Assembly (NCBI GenBank): GCA_040285825.1
Contig: JAUPSS010000001.1
Coordinates: 1,674,001 to 1,738,000, forward strand
DNA from: Eukaryota sp. TZLM1-RC
Lineage: Eukaryota > Protista > Metamonada: BaSk clade
Direction: 5' to 3'
DNA: 64,000 bases
A program made the position numbers and the translations under genes. Under the pieces are notes generated by a model, which saw only the letters and a program-made list of their open reading frames with translations, was not told where the DNA came from and made no database searches. Shown piece by piece: positions 1 through 12,864 of this stretch (the stretch's first letter is position 1; each line of letters begins with the position of its first letter).

Positions 1-2409
1 TGTTCTCAATGAATCAATTGGACCAATTATTGATATGTCATCCATATAAGCAGTTATATGAACATCTGGAAATTCTTGTTTTAATTCACACATTACAGGA
101 TGGATAGCAAGGCAGAAAAAGAAAGGACCTAATGGATCACCTTGTTTGACACCAGATGATGATATTAGATTGAATTCCTCATAAACAAGAGTTGACTTTT
201 TTTTAAAAATTTTAATTTATTTTCAAAACCACAGTCTAAAAGTCAATATCTTCAAAACAAGCTTCCACACCATCAAACCTTACAGCAGCAATGTTTCCAT
301 AATGTGCACTGACAGACATTAAAGCTTTCGAAATCATTTTAGGAATTGATTTGAAAATAGTAAAAACAATACGATTTAGCCACAAGCGACGATCAAAACG
401 CTTATTCATTCTTTTTTTCACAAGATTTTCAAAATCATCAATAAAATTCAAAGCAGTTTTTCCAAGACGACCATACAACGATATAGCAAATGGGCAAATT
501 TGGTAATCTACATGGCGAACATGTTTCAATTCTTTTAAAGGATTTGCATACTTTTTCCGTTTGTACAATTCGGAGTCATCAAGGGGGATACTTCGGATTG
601 AGCATTTTTCAAGGCATTTTTCTTGCAAACATCCACTGTTACGACATCAACAACATTCATGACATCATCAAACGAGGGCACAACAACATCAGCACGTCGT
701 TTTCCATATTCTGAATCTCTTACGCTTTCATTTATATCAAGAGACCTCAACAAAGGTTCTACAAAAGATTCAATATGATAGGAATTACACATTGCATGGA
801 TTTGATCTCTGACTGCATCATGCAACGTAGAACGATAGGAAATATATCTATTACAATTAAATAAATGTGATAATGTCAAACCAGCTCCACATTTACAAAA
901 ACAAATCATTGGGCAAATTACAAGGCCATAAATAACAACGCATTCTCATAGCAGTGGTCCATTGGTCGTCATTCAAAAATAGACCATAAATCTGGGGAAT
1001 TTGATTTATCAGAACTGCAGATGAACTGTCCTTCAAATCAATCAAAAAATTGGCAAAAGCAGGATTTTCTTTCTTAGCCGTGCTAAGTCGAACAATAAAA
1101 TCCTTGTTTTCAAAATTTTTCAAAAGATGTCGTTGGAGCTTTTTCAACGCAAATTTTAATGAATATAAACTTCTGTCTGGAATTTCTTGAATGGATATGG
1201 GGAAACATGATTGCCATAAGTCGGGAGATAAACTGGATATTTCTTCTCTTAAGTTATCCAGGAATATGCTATTTGTATTTTCAAGAAGATTTTCGGCAAA
1301 AGGATATCTTCTAGAGAATTCAAATACAAAATTTTTCCACCACCAATAAATGCAGCTTTGGTCAAATATTTTGATGAATTGAATCCAACACCGCCAAGTT
1401 GAACATCAGAAAAAATATGATTTTTCAAAATTGATGGATCAACAGACATTAAATAAGCCAAAAATTGGGTACGTATTTTGTTAAATTGTCTACAAAAATT
1501 GTAAGTTAGAGATGGAGGTAATGATCGCAGTAAATGAGTAATTTTTCCAGCATAACAAATTTTCAAAAGAAAAAACTTAAGATGTTTTTCCAATTCAAGA
1601 GTCTTTATGACTTCTAGCTCTTTTTTAATTGAATTTAAATAATTTTCAAGGCTGTCAAGTGTCTTTTCGGCGGAACCTAAATAGCAACCCAGAAAGCAGA
1701 AACTAGTTGAAGTATAATCAATATATGGAACTTCGAGGGAATTAATTATTAACTTAACATTTTTTCTAGAAATACAAAAACATTTTTGAACATTCAAATC
1801 AAGACCTATGGATTGGTATAATGTAGCAGCTTCATTAGCAACCCTATTAATTGTACTTTCTGGACCAATACAAGAAATGTCATCCATGTAAGCTACCACT
1901 TGAAGGTCAGAATTTTCTTCTTTTAATTTTTTCAAAATTGGGTGAATTGCAAGACAAAAAAAGAAAGGACCTAAAGGGTCTCCTTGTTTAACTCCTGATA
2001 AAGAATCCAGATTAAAAGAATTAAAAATTAAATCAGATGAATTACCATAAAACCTATAAAAAAAGGTTTCGAGTTCAGGAAAATTTGATTTGATTTCTTT
2101 CCAAATTGAATCTCTTTTCACTGAATTGAAGAGAGTTGACTGTGAGCCATAAAAATTGTAAAAGAACGACTCAGCTTCTGGAAAATGAGTTTGAAGCAAG
2201 GGCAAGATGGACGACCTCTTCACTGCATTGAATGCGTTTTTAAAATCTAAATTAAAAATATAATTCGAAGTATTGGAATTAAAAAAGACATCAGAAGAGA
2301 GTGCTGCAGAAGATGCACCATCAACTGTTTTAATTCCAAATTGGAAAGGACTAAAAAAATCTTTAGCCTTTTTACCAATCCTGCCAAACACAGCTGAAGC
2401 AAGAATACG
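1..2409 (-). mobile_element. Family D RLE non-LTR retrotransposon, RT fragment (pieces 1-197 and 2132-2409), interrupted by a family A copy
   Basis: Reverse complement of the D RT at 56040-56490/61310 (YMDDISIIGPIDSLRT, GVKQGDPLGP); the two pieces rejoin across TSD AGAGTTGACT. Confidence 0.9.
198..2131 (-). mobile_element. Family A element, 5'-truncated (RT C-half + RLE)
   Basis: Poly(A) end at 198, C-terminus ACFEDIDF; TSD AGAGTTGACT at 188-197 and 2132-2141. Confidence 0.92.
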
Positions 2410-2412
2410 TTT

Positions 2413-2829
2413 AGTTTTTGAAAACTTGGATTTCACTGTTCGTCTTAGCTTGGCTAAAGAAAAGAATCCCGTTTTTGCAAACTTTTTAATTGACCTCAAG
2501 GATAGTAGCTCAAGTTGTCTTATTTCCCAGATTCCAAATGTATATGGTCTATTATTAAATGATCATCAATGGACAACTGCCTTCAGGATGAGGTGTTTCC
2601 TGTGGCCATGCAGTGTGCCAAATGATTTGATTTGTCGTTGTGGTCAGCTCATTAATCTGAATCATTTATTTAATTGCAAATTTAATATTACATATCGCTC
2701 AGTTGTTCACGATGCTGTTAGAGACCAACTATACGCTATGTGCAAAAGCCATCACATTGAAGCTTTTGTTGAACCACTTGTGCGAAGGTTGTCATCTGAA
2801 AATGAAAATACTTTTGGGAAACGCCGTGC
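2413..2829 (+). mobile_element. Inverted internal segment of family D (pre-RLE/CCHC region), no tail
   Basis: Matches D at ~19743-20165 (VFENLDF...FGKRRA); flanked by a ~175 bp direct duplication of D RT. Confidence 0.85.
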
Positions 2830-3049
2830 ATTGAATGCGTTTTTTTTGTAAATCTCATAGAATTTATTTTCAAAACCACAGTATGCGTTTTTAAAATCTA
2901 AATTAAAAATATAATTCGAAGTATTGGAATTAAAAAAGACATCAGAAGAGAGTGCTGCAGAAGATGCACCATCAACTGTTTTAATTCCAAATTGGAAAGG
3001 ACTAAAAAAATCTTTAGCCTTTTTACCAATCCTGCCAAACACAGCTGAA
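2827..3049 (-). repeat. Second copy of D RT segment 2224-2399, carrying a 38-nt family A 3'-UTR insertion (2845-2882)
   Basis: Sequence repeats 2224-2399; insert flanked by TSD ATGCGTTTTT (2835-2844, 2883-2892). Confidence 0.85.
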
Positions 3050-3069
3050 AAAATTGAAATTTAAAAAAA

Positions 3070-3212
3070 ATTGAAATTAAACAAATGGAACATAACAAGA
3101 TTTTTGGAAATTCTTTGCCAAAAAGAATAAGAAGAAAATTTATTACAAACCAAAACAGGGAAAAGCTAATTCATCTTTTCAGGCAAGAAAATTGTTTTTG
3201 AGAGGTAGATAT
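3070..3212 (+). mobile_element. Short pre-RT fragment of a related, unassigned family
   Basis: Translates with frameshifts to NKWNITR..WKFFAKKNK..ARKLFLRGRY, homologous to B NKWNISSFWKYFARKNK..CRKLCLRGRY. Confidence 0.6.
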
Positions 3213-3241
3213 AAAATTTTGTATTTATTGAATTTGCACAC

Positions 3242-6237
3242 TTTTTTTTAAATAATATAAAGAATCAAATAAAAACAAAACAAACTAAAACACATAAGAA
3301 ACTAAATTCTCCACGCCAACTCTTGATGAATCCTTATAAAGTTTAGACATCATTAAACTCAAGTACTTGGGAACACTTCTGTACAAAGCGAAAATGATAC
3401 GATTTTTCCATAAATTCTCTGCAAAATTCTTACCACTTGAACGACATAAATTACCAAAATCATTGATGAAATTCATGGCGGATTGTCCAATGTTGCCACA
3501 AATCGAAAAGGCAAAAGGAACAAACGAAAACTTCGAATAAAGGTTCTTATTTAAATCATTTAATATCTCAGTATATTTATCTCTCTTACGATCTTCAGCC
3601 TTGTTTTTATGGCCATTAGTACTAAGTAAAACATCATCGCGATAAACCAAAGCAAAGGGATCAACTGTAGTGAAATCAACAACAACTTGAGAGGAATCCA
3701 CAAATGGAGCAATTAAATCACCTCGACGTGAATTAAAAAGATTATCATCACTATAATGCTTCAACAAAGGTTCTACTTTGCAACTAAAATTGTAACACTT
3801 GAACATCTCATATGTCACCTCACGAACGGCATTATGAAGAACTGACCTATATTGGAGAAATTTCTTACAGCTCACAATATGACGAAAATTGGCAGTAGGT
3901 TTTTTGTTACAAATACAATAAGAATTGTCCAAAAGACCACTTGGATACATCCCTAATCTCAACCGCATGTTTTGTTTCCAAGCTTCATTTGTTAAGTGAA
4001 GACCAAATGGCCTTGGTTGCTGAGATATTAAACTAGTACAGTTCTGAATGTCTGCTAAAAAGGCAGCAAAGACGGGATTATTAATCTTAGTCACACTAAG
4101 TCGTTTAGAAAAATCCAGGTCTTCAAAACCAATAAGAACAGACTTCTGTAATTTCACAACAGCAAGATGAAGGTTGGTGAAAGATCTCGAAGGCACAGCA
4201 GGTAAACTTGAAGGAAAACTCCTATTCCAAATATCAACAGGTAGTTCTTGCACCATTTTTTCAAGAGAAATTAATAAAGGATGTGATTCATTTAAAGGAA
4301 TATGATCAAAACGAAGTTTCCATTCAAAAAGAAAATTTTTCATACCACCAATAAAAGCACTTTTGCATAAATACTCTGCTTTTGAAAAACCAACTCCACC
4401 AAATTTAGGACTAAAAAATGCATGATAAGGAATTTTTGATGGACAAACTTCTACTAAATTGCCTAAGAAATTTGTTCTCAAAGTATTGAAGTATTTGTCT
4501 TGGCTTGGCCAAGAAAAAGAATCCCGCTTTTGCAAATCTTTTACAAGATATGTGTGACAGTACTTCTTCTGCCTTAGTAACAACAATTCCACAAGTTTAT
4601 GGTACTCTCTTATCCGATTCTGCTTGGACTCTGAATATGAGATTTCGTTCCTTTATCTGGCCTGATAATTTACCTCATAATTTAATTTGTAAATGTTCTC
4701 GAGAAATTACAACTACTCATTTGTTAAATTGTAAACATTTTATTACTTTTAGAAGCAAGGTTCATGATGCTGTAAGAGACCAGTTATATTGTATGTGTAA
4801 ATCTCATAGAATTGAATCCTTCTTGGAACCTTTGTTGTCAAATCTGTTTGATGCTGAAAATGATTTTCATAAGAATAATAGATGTGATGTCATATTACCT
4901 GGATTAGATGGAAGCTTCATTTTATTGGATGTAATGTCTGTTGATCCTTGTAATGCCTCAAATGAAAGGCTTGTTAATTCTGAAATTCATAATCCCCTTT
5001 CAAATGCTGAAAATTTTAAATTTAAAAAATACAATGAACCTTTGTCCAAATTGGCCAGTCTACAGCATGCAAAATACAATTTGTATCCATTTGTATTTTC
5101 CCTTTTTGGTTCACTTGCACCAACTGCTTTACGTTTTTTGGATGATTTTGAAATGATTGTAAAGAGAAGAACTGGCAGAAATTTCAACAGATTGTTTTGG
5201 CAAAATAGAATTGTGTTTTCTATTTTTAAGGGGATGTTGAAGATGGTTTCTGATGCTTTGCTTTCTCTTGGATCTCACTATGAGAGAGTTGCATCTAGTG
5301 TTTTTGTTTTGGGAGAGATGGATTTTTTAGATGTTGATTTATAGGTTTAGAATAAAATTAAATTTTTGAAAAAAAAAGTATTGAATTGACGTGCAAAATC
5401 ATGAGAAATTGTGGGAGATAAAGAACGAAGAAGATGATTAATTTTGATCCAAAACACACATTTAGGACCGAAAACGCTAAATGTTTGTCAATTTCTAGAT
5501 CTTCAATAGCCAAAAGTTGCTCTTCGATTTTTTCCAAAATACCTGACAAAATCGATTTAACTTTTTCACTATTTCCAAAATAAGATCCAAGAAACCGAAT
5601 AGCATCTTCCTCGTAATCAACGTATTTGATAAAAGTTTCATTAAATGCCACCTCCGCATGCTGATTACCAATAATGAAACACTTGGGCAATTTAATGTCT
5701 AACCCTATTTGTTTGGCCAGAAAAACAAAATGTTGTAAACCGTGTTGTAAAAGAGACAAAGGGCCAATAAGTGATAAATCATCTGCATAAGCACATATAT
5801 GAATGTCAGGAAAATCCGACTTAAATTTTTACCAAAACTGATTGCAGTGCTAAGCAAAAGAAAAATGGACCCAATGGATCCCCTTGTTTGACCCCTCTTG
5901 ACGAAACAATATTCTCAGAATGAAAAATTAAGTTAGAGGGTGATCCATACATCAATTTAAAATACGGCAAAAGTGGAGGATAGTGTAGTTCAAGTTCTTG
6001 CAAAATACTGGAGCGAAAAACGGAGTTGAAAGCATTTTTAAAATCAATGTTTAATAAATAATTTTCGCCTTTTTGATTGAAAAGTAAATCTGTACACAAC
6101 GCAGCACATGTTGTGCCATCAGGAATTCCGATAGCAAACTGATAAGGACGAAAAAAATTAATTGCGGATGACTTAACTCTTTTAAAGGAAATAATTGCTA
6201 ATAATCTCTTTTAAAGGAAATAATTGCTAATAATCTC
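3242..6237 (-). mobile_element. Family E element, 5'-truncated (RT 5375-6237, RLE 3242-4490), interrupted by B
   Basis: ORFs 5821-6099 (GVKQGDPLGP), YADD motif, 3285-4490 (CIC..H..C, HNAVRE, RGD..D); poly(A) at 3242; preceded by a ~29-nt family C 3' stub (3213-3241). Confidence 0.88.
4491..5374 (+). mobile_element. Family B element, 5'-truncated (RLE only), inserted in E
   Basis: C-terminus MDFLDVDL, poly(A); TSD AAAGTATTGAA at 4480-4490 and 5375-5385. Confidence 0.92.
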
Positions 6238-6414
6238 GTTTTTTAAATAATTGTTTATTTTTATTCAACAACAAATATGAAATACACAATTAAAACTCCA
6301 CATCCTCAAAACCTGCCTCCCCTACATCAAAACAATTAATCGCTAAAGATTCAGAAAATTTCCCAAAAGAAGATAGTGAATCAGAAATTAGTGTTACCAT
6401 TCCCTTAAAAATAG
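6238..6414 (-). mobile_element. Family G 3'-end fragment
   Basis: Reverse complement of ~31713-31870 (GEAGFEDVEF + 3'UTR). Confidence 0.85.
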
Positions 6415-7822
6415 ACCACAGTCTAAAAGTCAATATCTTCAAAACAAGCTTCCACACCATCAAACCTTACAGCAGCAATGTTTTCATAATGTGCACTGAC
6501 AGACATTAAAGATTTCGAAATCATTTTAGGAATTGATTTGAAAATAGTAAAAACAATACGATTTAGCCACAAGCGACGATCAAAACGCTTATTCATTCTT
6601 TTTTTTACAAGATTTTCAAAATCATCAATAAAATTCAAAGCAGTTTTTCCAAGACGACCATACAACGATATAGCAAATGGGCAAATTTGGTAATCTACAT
6701 GGCGAACATGTTTCAATTCTTTTAAAGGATTTGCATACTTTTTCCGTTTGTACAATTCGGAGTCATCAAGGGGGGATACTTCGGATTGAGCATTTTTCAA
6801 GGCATTTTTCTTGCAAACATCCACTGTGACGACATCAACAACATTCATGACATCATCAAACGAGGGCACAACAACATCAGCACGTCGTTTTCCATATTCT
6901 GAATCTCTTACGCTTTCATTTATATCAAGAGACCTCAACAAAGGTTCTACAAAAGATTCAATATGATAGGAATTACACATTGCATGGATTTGATCTCTGA
7001 CTGCATCATGCAACGTAGAACGATAGGAAATATATCTATTACAATTAAATAAATGTAATAATGTCAAACCAGCTCCACATTTACAAAACAAATCATTGGG
7101 CAAATTACAAGACCATAAATAACAACGCATTCTCATAGCAGTGGTCCATTGGTCGTCATTCAAAAATAGACCATAAATCTGGGGAATTTGATTTATCAAA
7201 ACTGCAGATGAACTGTCCTTCAAATCAATCAAAAATTGGCAAAAGCAGGATTTTTCTTTCTTAGCCGTGCTAAGTCGAACAATAAAATCCTTGTTTTCAA
7301 AATTTTCAAAAGATGTCGTTGGAGCTTTTTCAACGCAAATTTTAATGAATATAAACTTCTGTCTGGAATTTCTTGAATGGATATGGGGAAACATGATTGC
7401 CATAAGTCGGGAGATAAACTGGATATTTCTTCTCTTAAGTTATCCAGGAATATGCTATTTGTATTTTCAAGAAGATTTTCGGCAAAAGGATATCTTCTAG
7501 AGAATTCAAATACAAAATTTTTCCCCCACCAATAAATGCAGCTTTGGTCAAATATTTTGATGAATTGAATCCAACACCGCCAAGTTGAACAACAGAAAAA
7601 ATATGATTTTTCAAAATTGATGGATCAACAGACATTAAATAAGCCAAAAATTGGGTACGTATTTTGTTAAATTTTCTACAAAAATTGTAAGTTAGGGATG
7701 GAGGTAATGATCGCAGTAAATGAGTAATTTTTCCAGCATAACAAATTTTCAAAAGAAAAAACTTAAGATGTTTTTCCAATTCAAGAGTTTTTATGACTTC
7801 TAGCTCTTTTTTAATTGAATTT
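6415..7822 (-). mobile_element. Family A element, truncated at both ends
   Basis: ORFs 6423-7403 and 7435-7779; 3'UTR clipped at the G junction. Confidence 0.9.
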
Positions 7823-7909
7823 TAAATGTGTGTTTTGGATCAAAATTAATCATCTTCTTCGTTCTTTATCTCCCACAATTTCTCATGATTTTGCACGTCA
7901 ATTCAATAC

Positions 7910-10065
7910 TTTTTTTTTCAAAAATTTAATTTTATTCTAAACCTATAAATCAACATCTAAAAAATCCATCTCTCCCAAAACAAAAACACTAGATGCAACT
8001 CTCTCATAGTGAGATCCAAGAGAGAGCAAAGCATCAGAAACCATCTTCAACATCCCCTTAAAAATAGAAAACACAATTCTATTTTGCCAAATCTGTTGAA
8101 ATTTCTGCCAGTTCTTCTCTTTACAATCATTTCAAAATCATCCAAAAAACGTAAAGCAGTTGGTGCAAGTGAACCAAAAAGGGAAAATACAAATGGATAC
8201 AAATTGTATTTTGCATGCTGTAGACTGACCAATTTGGACAAAGGTTCATTGTATTTTTTGAATTTAAAATTTTCAGCATTTGAAAGAGGATTATGAATTT
8301 CAGAATTAACAAGCCTTTCATTTGAGGCATTACAAGGATCAACAGACATTACATCCAATAAAATGAAGCTTCCATCTAATCCAGGTAATATGACATCACC
8401 TCTATTATTCTTATGAAAATCATTTTCAGCATCAAACAGATTTGACAACAAAGGTTCCAAGAAGGATCTAATTCTATGAGATTTACACATACAATATAAC
8501 TGGTCTCTTACAGCATCATGAACCTTGCTTCTAAAAGTAATAAAATGTTTACAATTTAACAAATGAGTAGTTGTAATTTCTCGAGAACATTTACAAATTA
8601 AATTATGAGGTAAATTATCAGGCCAGATAAAGGAACGAAATCTCATATTCAGAGTCCAAGCAGAATCGGATAAGAGAGTACCATAAACTTGTGGAATTGT
8701 TGTTACTAAGGCAGAAGAAGTACTGTCACACATATCTTGTAAAAAGATTTGCAAAAGCGGGATTCTTTTTTTCTTGGCCAAGCCAAGTCTAACATCAAAA
8801 TCCAAGCTTTCAAAAATCTTTGACAATTTTTGTTGAAGCTTTTTACAGCAAAACTGTAAATTAAATAGAGATCGGTTTGGAATTTCTTGAATTGATTGAG
8901 GAAAACATTTGGTCCAAATTTGTGGCGGTAATTTTTCAAGTTCACAAGATAACTCATACAAATAGGGACTACAATTGGGGACTAACAGATGAGAATCATC
9001 AGGAAATCTACGAGAAAATTCATAAATAAAATTTTTGCCACCACCCAAGAATGCTGATTGACACAAAATTGAAGATTTAGTAAAACCAATACCACCCAAA
9101 TTTGCTGAAGAAAATAAATGGCTTTTCAACATTCCTGGTTCTACATCCAATAAATCAGCAAAAAAATTCTGTTCTCAATGAATTAAAAGAACGACAAAAA
9201 TCTAATGCTATGGAAGGAGCACAAGATCTCAAAATGTGGGTTATTCTCCCAGTGTAGCAAATTTTAAGCATGAAAAATTTAATATGCTTTTCTATATCTA
9301 AAGAAGAAATTGAATCAAGTTCAATTTTCATTTTTTCCAAAATAACTTGCAATTCATTCTGAATTTGAGGCACATTTCCTAACCAACAACCAAGGAACTT
9401 AAAAGCATCACTACTATAATTAGTAAAAGGGACAATAGAATCGTCTATCACGAGGTCTTGAGCAGAAGAGCCAATCAGAAGGCATTTGCTGGCATTAAGA
9501 TGAAGCCCAATATTTTCATATGAATCGGCAATTTCTTGAGCAACCAATTCTAGTAAATCAAATGACCCAATCAAGGATATATCATCCATATAAGCATCTA
9601 TTTTTATAGAAGGGTATTTTTGCTTAAAGATATTTAAAGTTTTGTGAATAGCTAAACAAAACAATAATGGGCCTAAAGGATCTCCCTGCTTCACTCCAGA
9701 AGATGATTTAAGACCAAATGAATTAACAATTAAATCTGATTCTTTCCCATAAAAATGGTAGAAAAAACTCGATAGCTCAGGAAAATCAGATTTAATTACT
9801 TCAAAAATTGCTTCTCGCTTTACAGAATTAGAAGCATTTTTAAAGTCGAGATTAAAAATAAAATTATTTTCCTCTGCATTAAAAAAGGTATCAGAGGCAA
9901 TAGCAGCAACAGAAGCACCATCAATTGTTTTGATTCCAAATTGATGAGGATTCAAAAATGTAGAAGATTCTTTGTCTTTGACACGATCGAAGACAATTGA
10001 TGCTAGCAAACGAGAAAGAGATTCACCAACAGCAATTGGGCGTATTCCATCAGGTTTGATTCCGT
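7910..10065 (-). mobile_element. Family B element, 5'-truncated (RT + RLE), with an 87-bp E flank (7823-7909)
   Basis: ORFs 9155-10069 and 8047-9150; tail and flank are the reverse complement of ~5340-5464. Confidence 0.9.
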
Positions 10066-10351
10066 ACATACAAATAGGGACTACAATTGGGGACTAACAG
10101 ATGGGAATCATCAGGAAATCTACGAGAAAATTCATAAATAAAATTTTTGCCACCACCCAAGAATGCTGATTGACACAAAATTGAAGATTTAGTAAAACCA
10201 ATACCACCCAAATTTGCTGAAGAAAATAAATGGCTTTTCAACATTCCTGGTTCTACATCCGAGATCCAATTCGAGAAGCAATTTTTGAAGTTATTAAATC
10301 TGATTTTCCTGAGCTATCGAGTTTTTTCTACCATTTTTATGGGAAAGAATC
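10066..10351. mobile_element. Patchwork of family B fragments (10066-10260 minus, 10272-10351 plus)
   Basis: 10067-10260 repeats ~8955-9148; 10272-10351 matches B RT ~33472-33551. Confidence 0.8.
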
Positions 10352-10925
10352 TTTTTTTTATTATGAGCTAAATACTACGACAATTCAGAAATTCCTCATC
10401 CAACTACTCAACTACTAGTAGTCAATACTCCAAAAAGACACTGAACAACCAGCACAAAGCAAAAAAGTACATGATTGACATTACTAAGCGGCCGTCTGAG
10501 ATGCTCCAAGAGCGTTTTAAAGGCGACAGCAAGCTTTTCATCACACATACGATTGTTTGAACCAGCAACAACATCCAATAAGAAGAATGAAAATTCTATC
10601 TCAAGAACAACTAACCAAACTTTCAGTAAAGAGATCACAAACTTTCTATTTCCATTACTAAGCGGCCGTCTGAGAAGCTCCAAGAGCGGTTTAAAGGCGA
10701 CAGCAAGCTTTTCATGAGAAGAGAAATGCGAACATCTGCTGATGGTCAAGTCAAATTGAACAATAAACAAAATGCTTGTGAGAAGAGAACTAATTTTTTT
10801 TAACATACTAATTAAGAGAACTAATTTGTCTCCAAATTGATGTTTCAAAGGATGATGTTATCAGTGGAAAAACATTCAGTAGAGTCAACAAAGAAGAGGG
10901 AGACAACGTAGAGCACTTTTTACGC
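10352..10925 (-). pseudogene. Sequence X: probable retrocopy of a non-element polyadenylated transcript (continues at 31887-31918)
   Basis: Poly(A) at 10352-10359 and stop at 10408; frame stays open ~168 codons once two TSD-flanked insertions are removed; internal ~60-bp repeat at 10481 and 10655; no RT/RLE similarity. Confidence 0.45.
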
Positions 10926-12864
10926 CTATATGGATGACATTTCTATTATTGGTTCTTTTGAAAGCATTTCTAGGGTCTCTGAAAACATTGCGGCGAAATA
11001 CAAAGAAATTGGTTTAGCTTTGAACCCATCTAAATGTCTCTTGATTGGTAGAGAAAAACAATCTTTGATGATTGGTGGAGCTCAGATTCCTTTTATCAAT
11101 TATGACCAACAAGCTTTTAAGTTTCTTGGATGTTGGCTTGGCAATTTAGATGAAATTTATTCCCAGTTAAACAATTTATTGGAGAAGTTTGACAAGGATC
11201 TTAGTTTTATTGCTGAATGTGACATTGAGAAACACATCAAATTTTTTATTTTAAGAATTTGTTATTCTGGAAAATTCACTCATATTTTAAGGTCAACTCC
11301 CCCTTCGGTATCTCTCAATTTTTGCAGATCTTTTAACAAACTTCGAGTCGAATTTTTTTCTTCTTTATTAGAAGTTTTTTTTTAAAAAACTGGAATATTT
11401 ATTGAGATAAAAATAACCATCTAGAATTCAATATCCTCCAAACAAGCGTCACTATTACTGAACCTACTCACAGCATTACGTTCATATTCTACACCAATAG
11501 CTAAAAGTGCCTTTGAAATCATTGTTGGAATAGACTTGAAAATGCAAAAAACAATTCTATTTAACCAGAAAGTGGAGTTCATTGTTTTACCAGACCTATT
11601 CAGTAACACTTTTTTAAAATTTTCCAAAAAGTGCAAGCCTGAAGGTCCAATATTGCCAAAAAGAGAAATTGCAAACGGCACAAACTGATATTTCACATGT
11701 TCCACTCTACCTAACTGTGCCAAAGGTTCTTCATATTTTTTTATCTTCTTTTTTTCAGCGTTAGATAACAGCGAGTCAGCGGAATACACTAAACGAGCAG
11801 CAGAATTTTTGCAAACATCCACTGAGACAACGTCTACAACATTGAGAACACCATCGATCCCTGGAGCTACTAAATCTGCCCTTCTTTTACCAAAGGAATC
11901 ATCAGTTTGATCTGAAGACAGCTTACGTACTAGTGGCTCAATAAATGCCTCTATATTGAAACTTTTGCACATGGCATATAATTGATCACGAACTGAGTCA
12001 TGAACAAGTGAGCGATAAGTTATGAAATACTTACAGTTTAAAATATGGGAAAGCGTAACAACACTCTTGCAGCGACAAATTAAATCATTTGGCAATGAAC
12101 AAGGCCATAGAAAACATCTCAATCTCATTGCAGTGGTCCATTGGTGATCATTAAGTAGAAGGCCGTAAATGTTGGGAATTTGGGAGATTAAGCAACTTGA
12201 GCAACTGTCTTCAAGATCAATCAAAAAGTTTGCAAAAACGGGATTTTTTTCCTTAGCCAAGTTAAGACGTACAATATAATCCAAGTTTTCTAAAACTTTC
12301 AAAATTTTTTTCTGCAATTTTGCAAAAGTCAATGGTAAGGAGAGCAAGCTTCTTGAAGGAAGTTCCACAATATCAGAGGGGAAACATTTAGCCCAAATAT
12401 TGGGTGAAAGAGTTTCAATTTCCTGTTGCAAAGAAATAAGATAGGAGCTGCCACAATTTTCAATGAGATGAAATAATAATCTTGCCTATAATTTAGAAGT
12501 TGAATATCGAAGCCTCTCAACTGCACACTTACAAGTTACCATTGTAATCAAATTGGTTCATCAACAACATTGATTGAATTTCTATTACTTTAATGACTGT
12601 AATGATAAGATGCTAACAACTTTCGACCCATCTACTTGCAGGTGTTTGGTGAATAGCAAAAAACGGGATACATCTGTTTGTGCTTCTTTTACAGACAAGT
12701 GAGTGTAATCAGCTCCAACTTTTGCGTCTTGAGTAAGGAGTGTTTAATGTCAACGCCATGGAGCAGAAGTTCACAATGTAAGACATATAAAAGACAAAAG
12801 GCAGTTGGCTGAGGTGGTCAAAAAAATTTCCAAAATGCATTGAAAATAAGTGATTAGGTTTTAT

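Noticed and set aside
1249-2499. 416-aa ORF as a distinct RT gene
   Set aside because: Chance in-frame chimera of antisense D, D RT and a nested A across mapped junctions
6176-6237. 29-bp tandem duplication as a regulatory repeat
   Set aside because: Lies at the E/G junction; best explained as junction slippage
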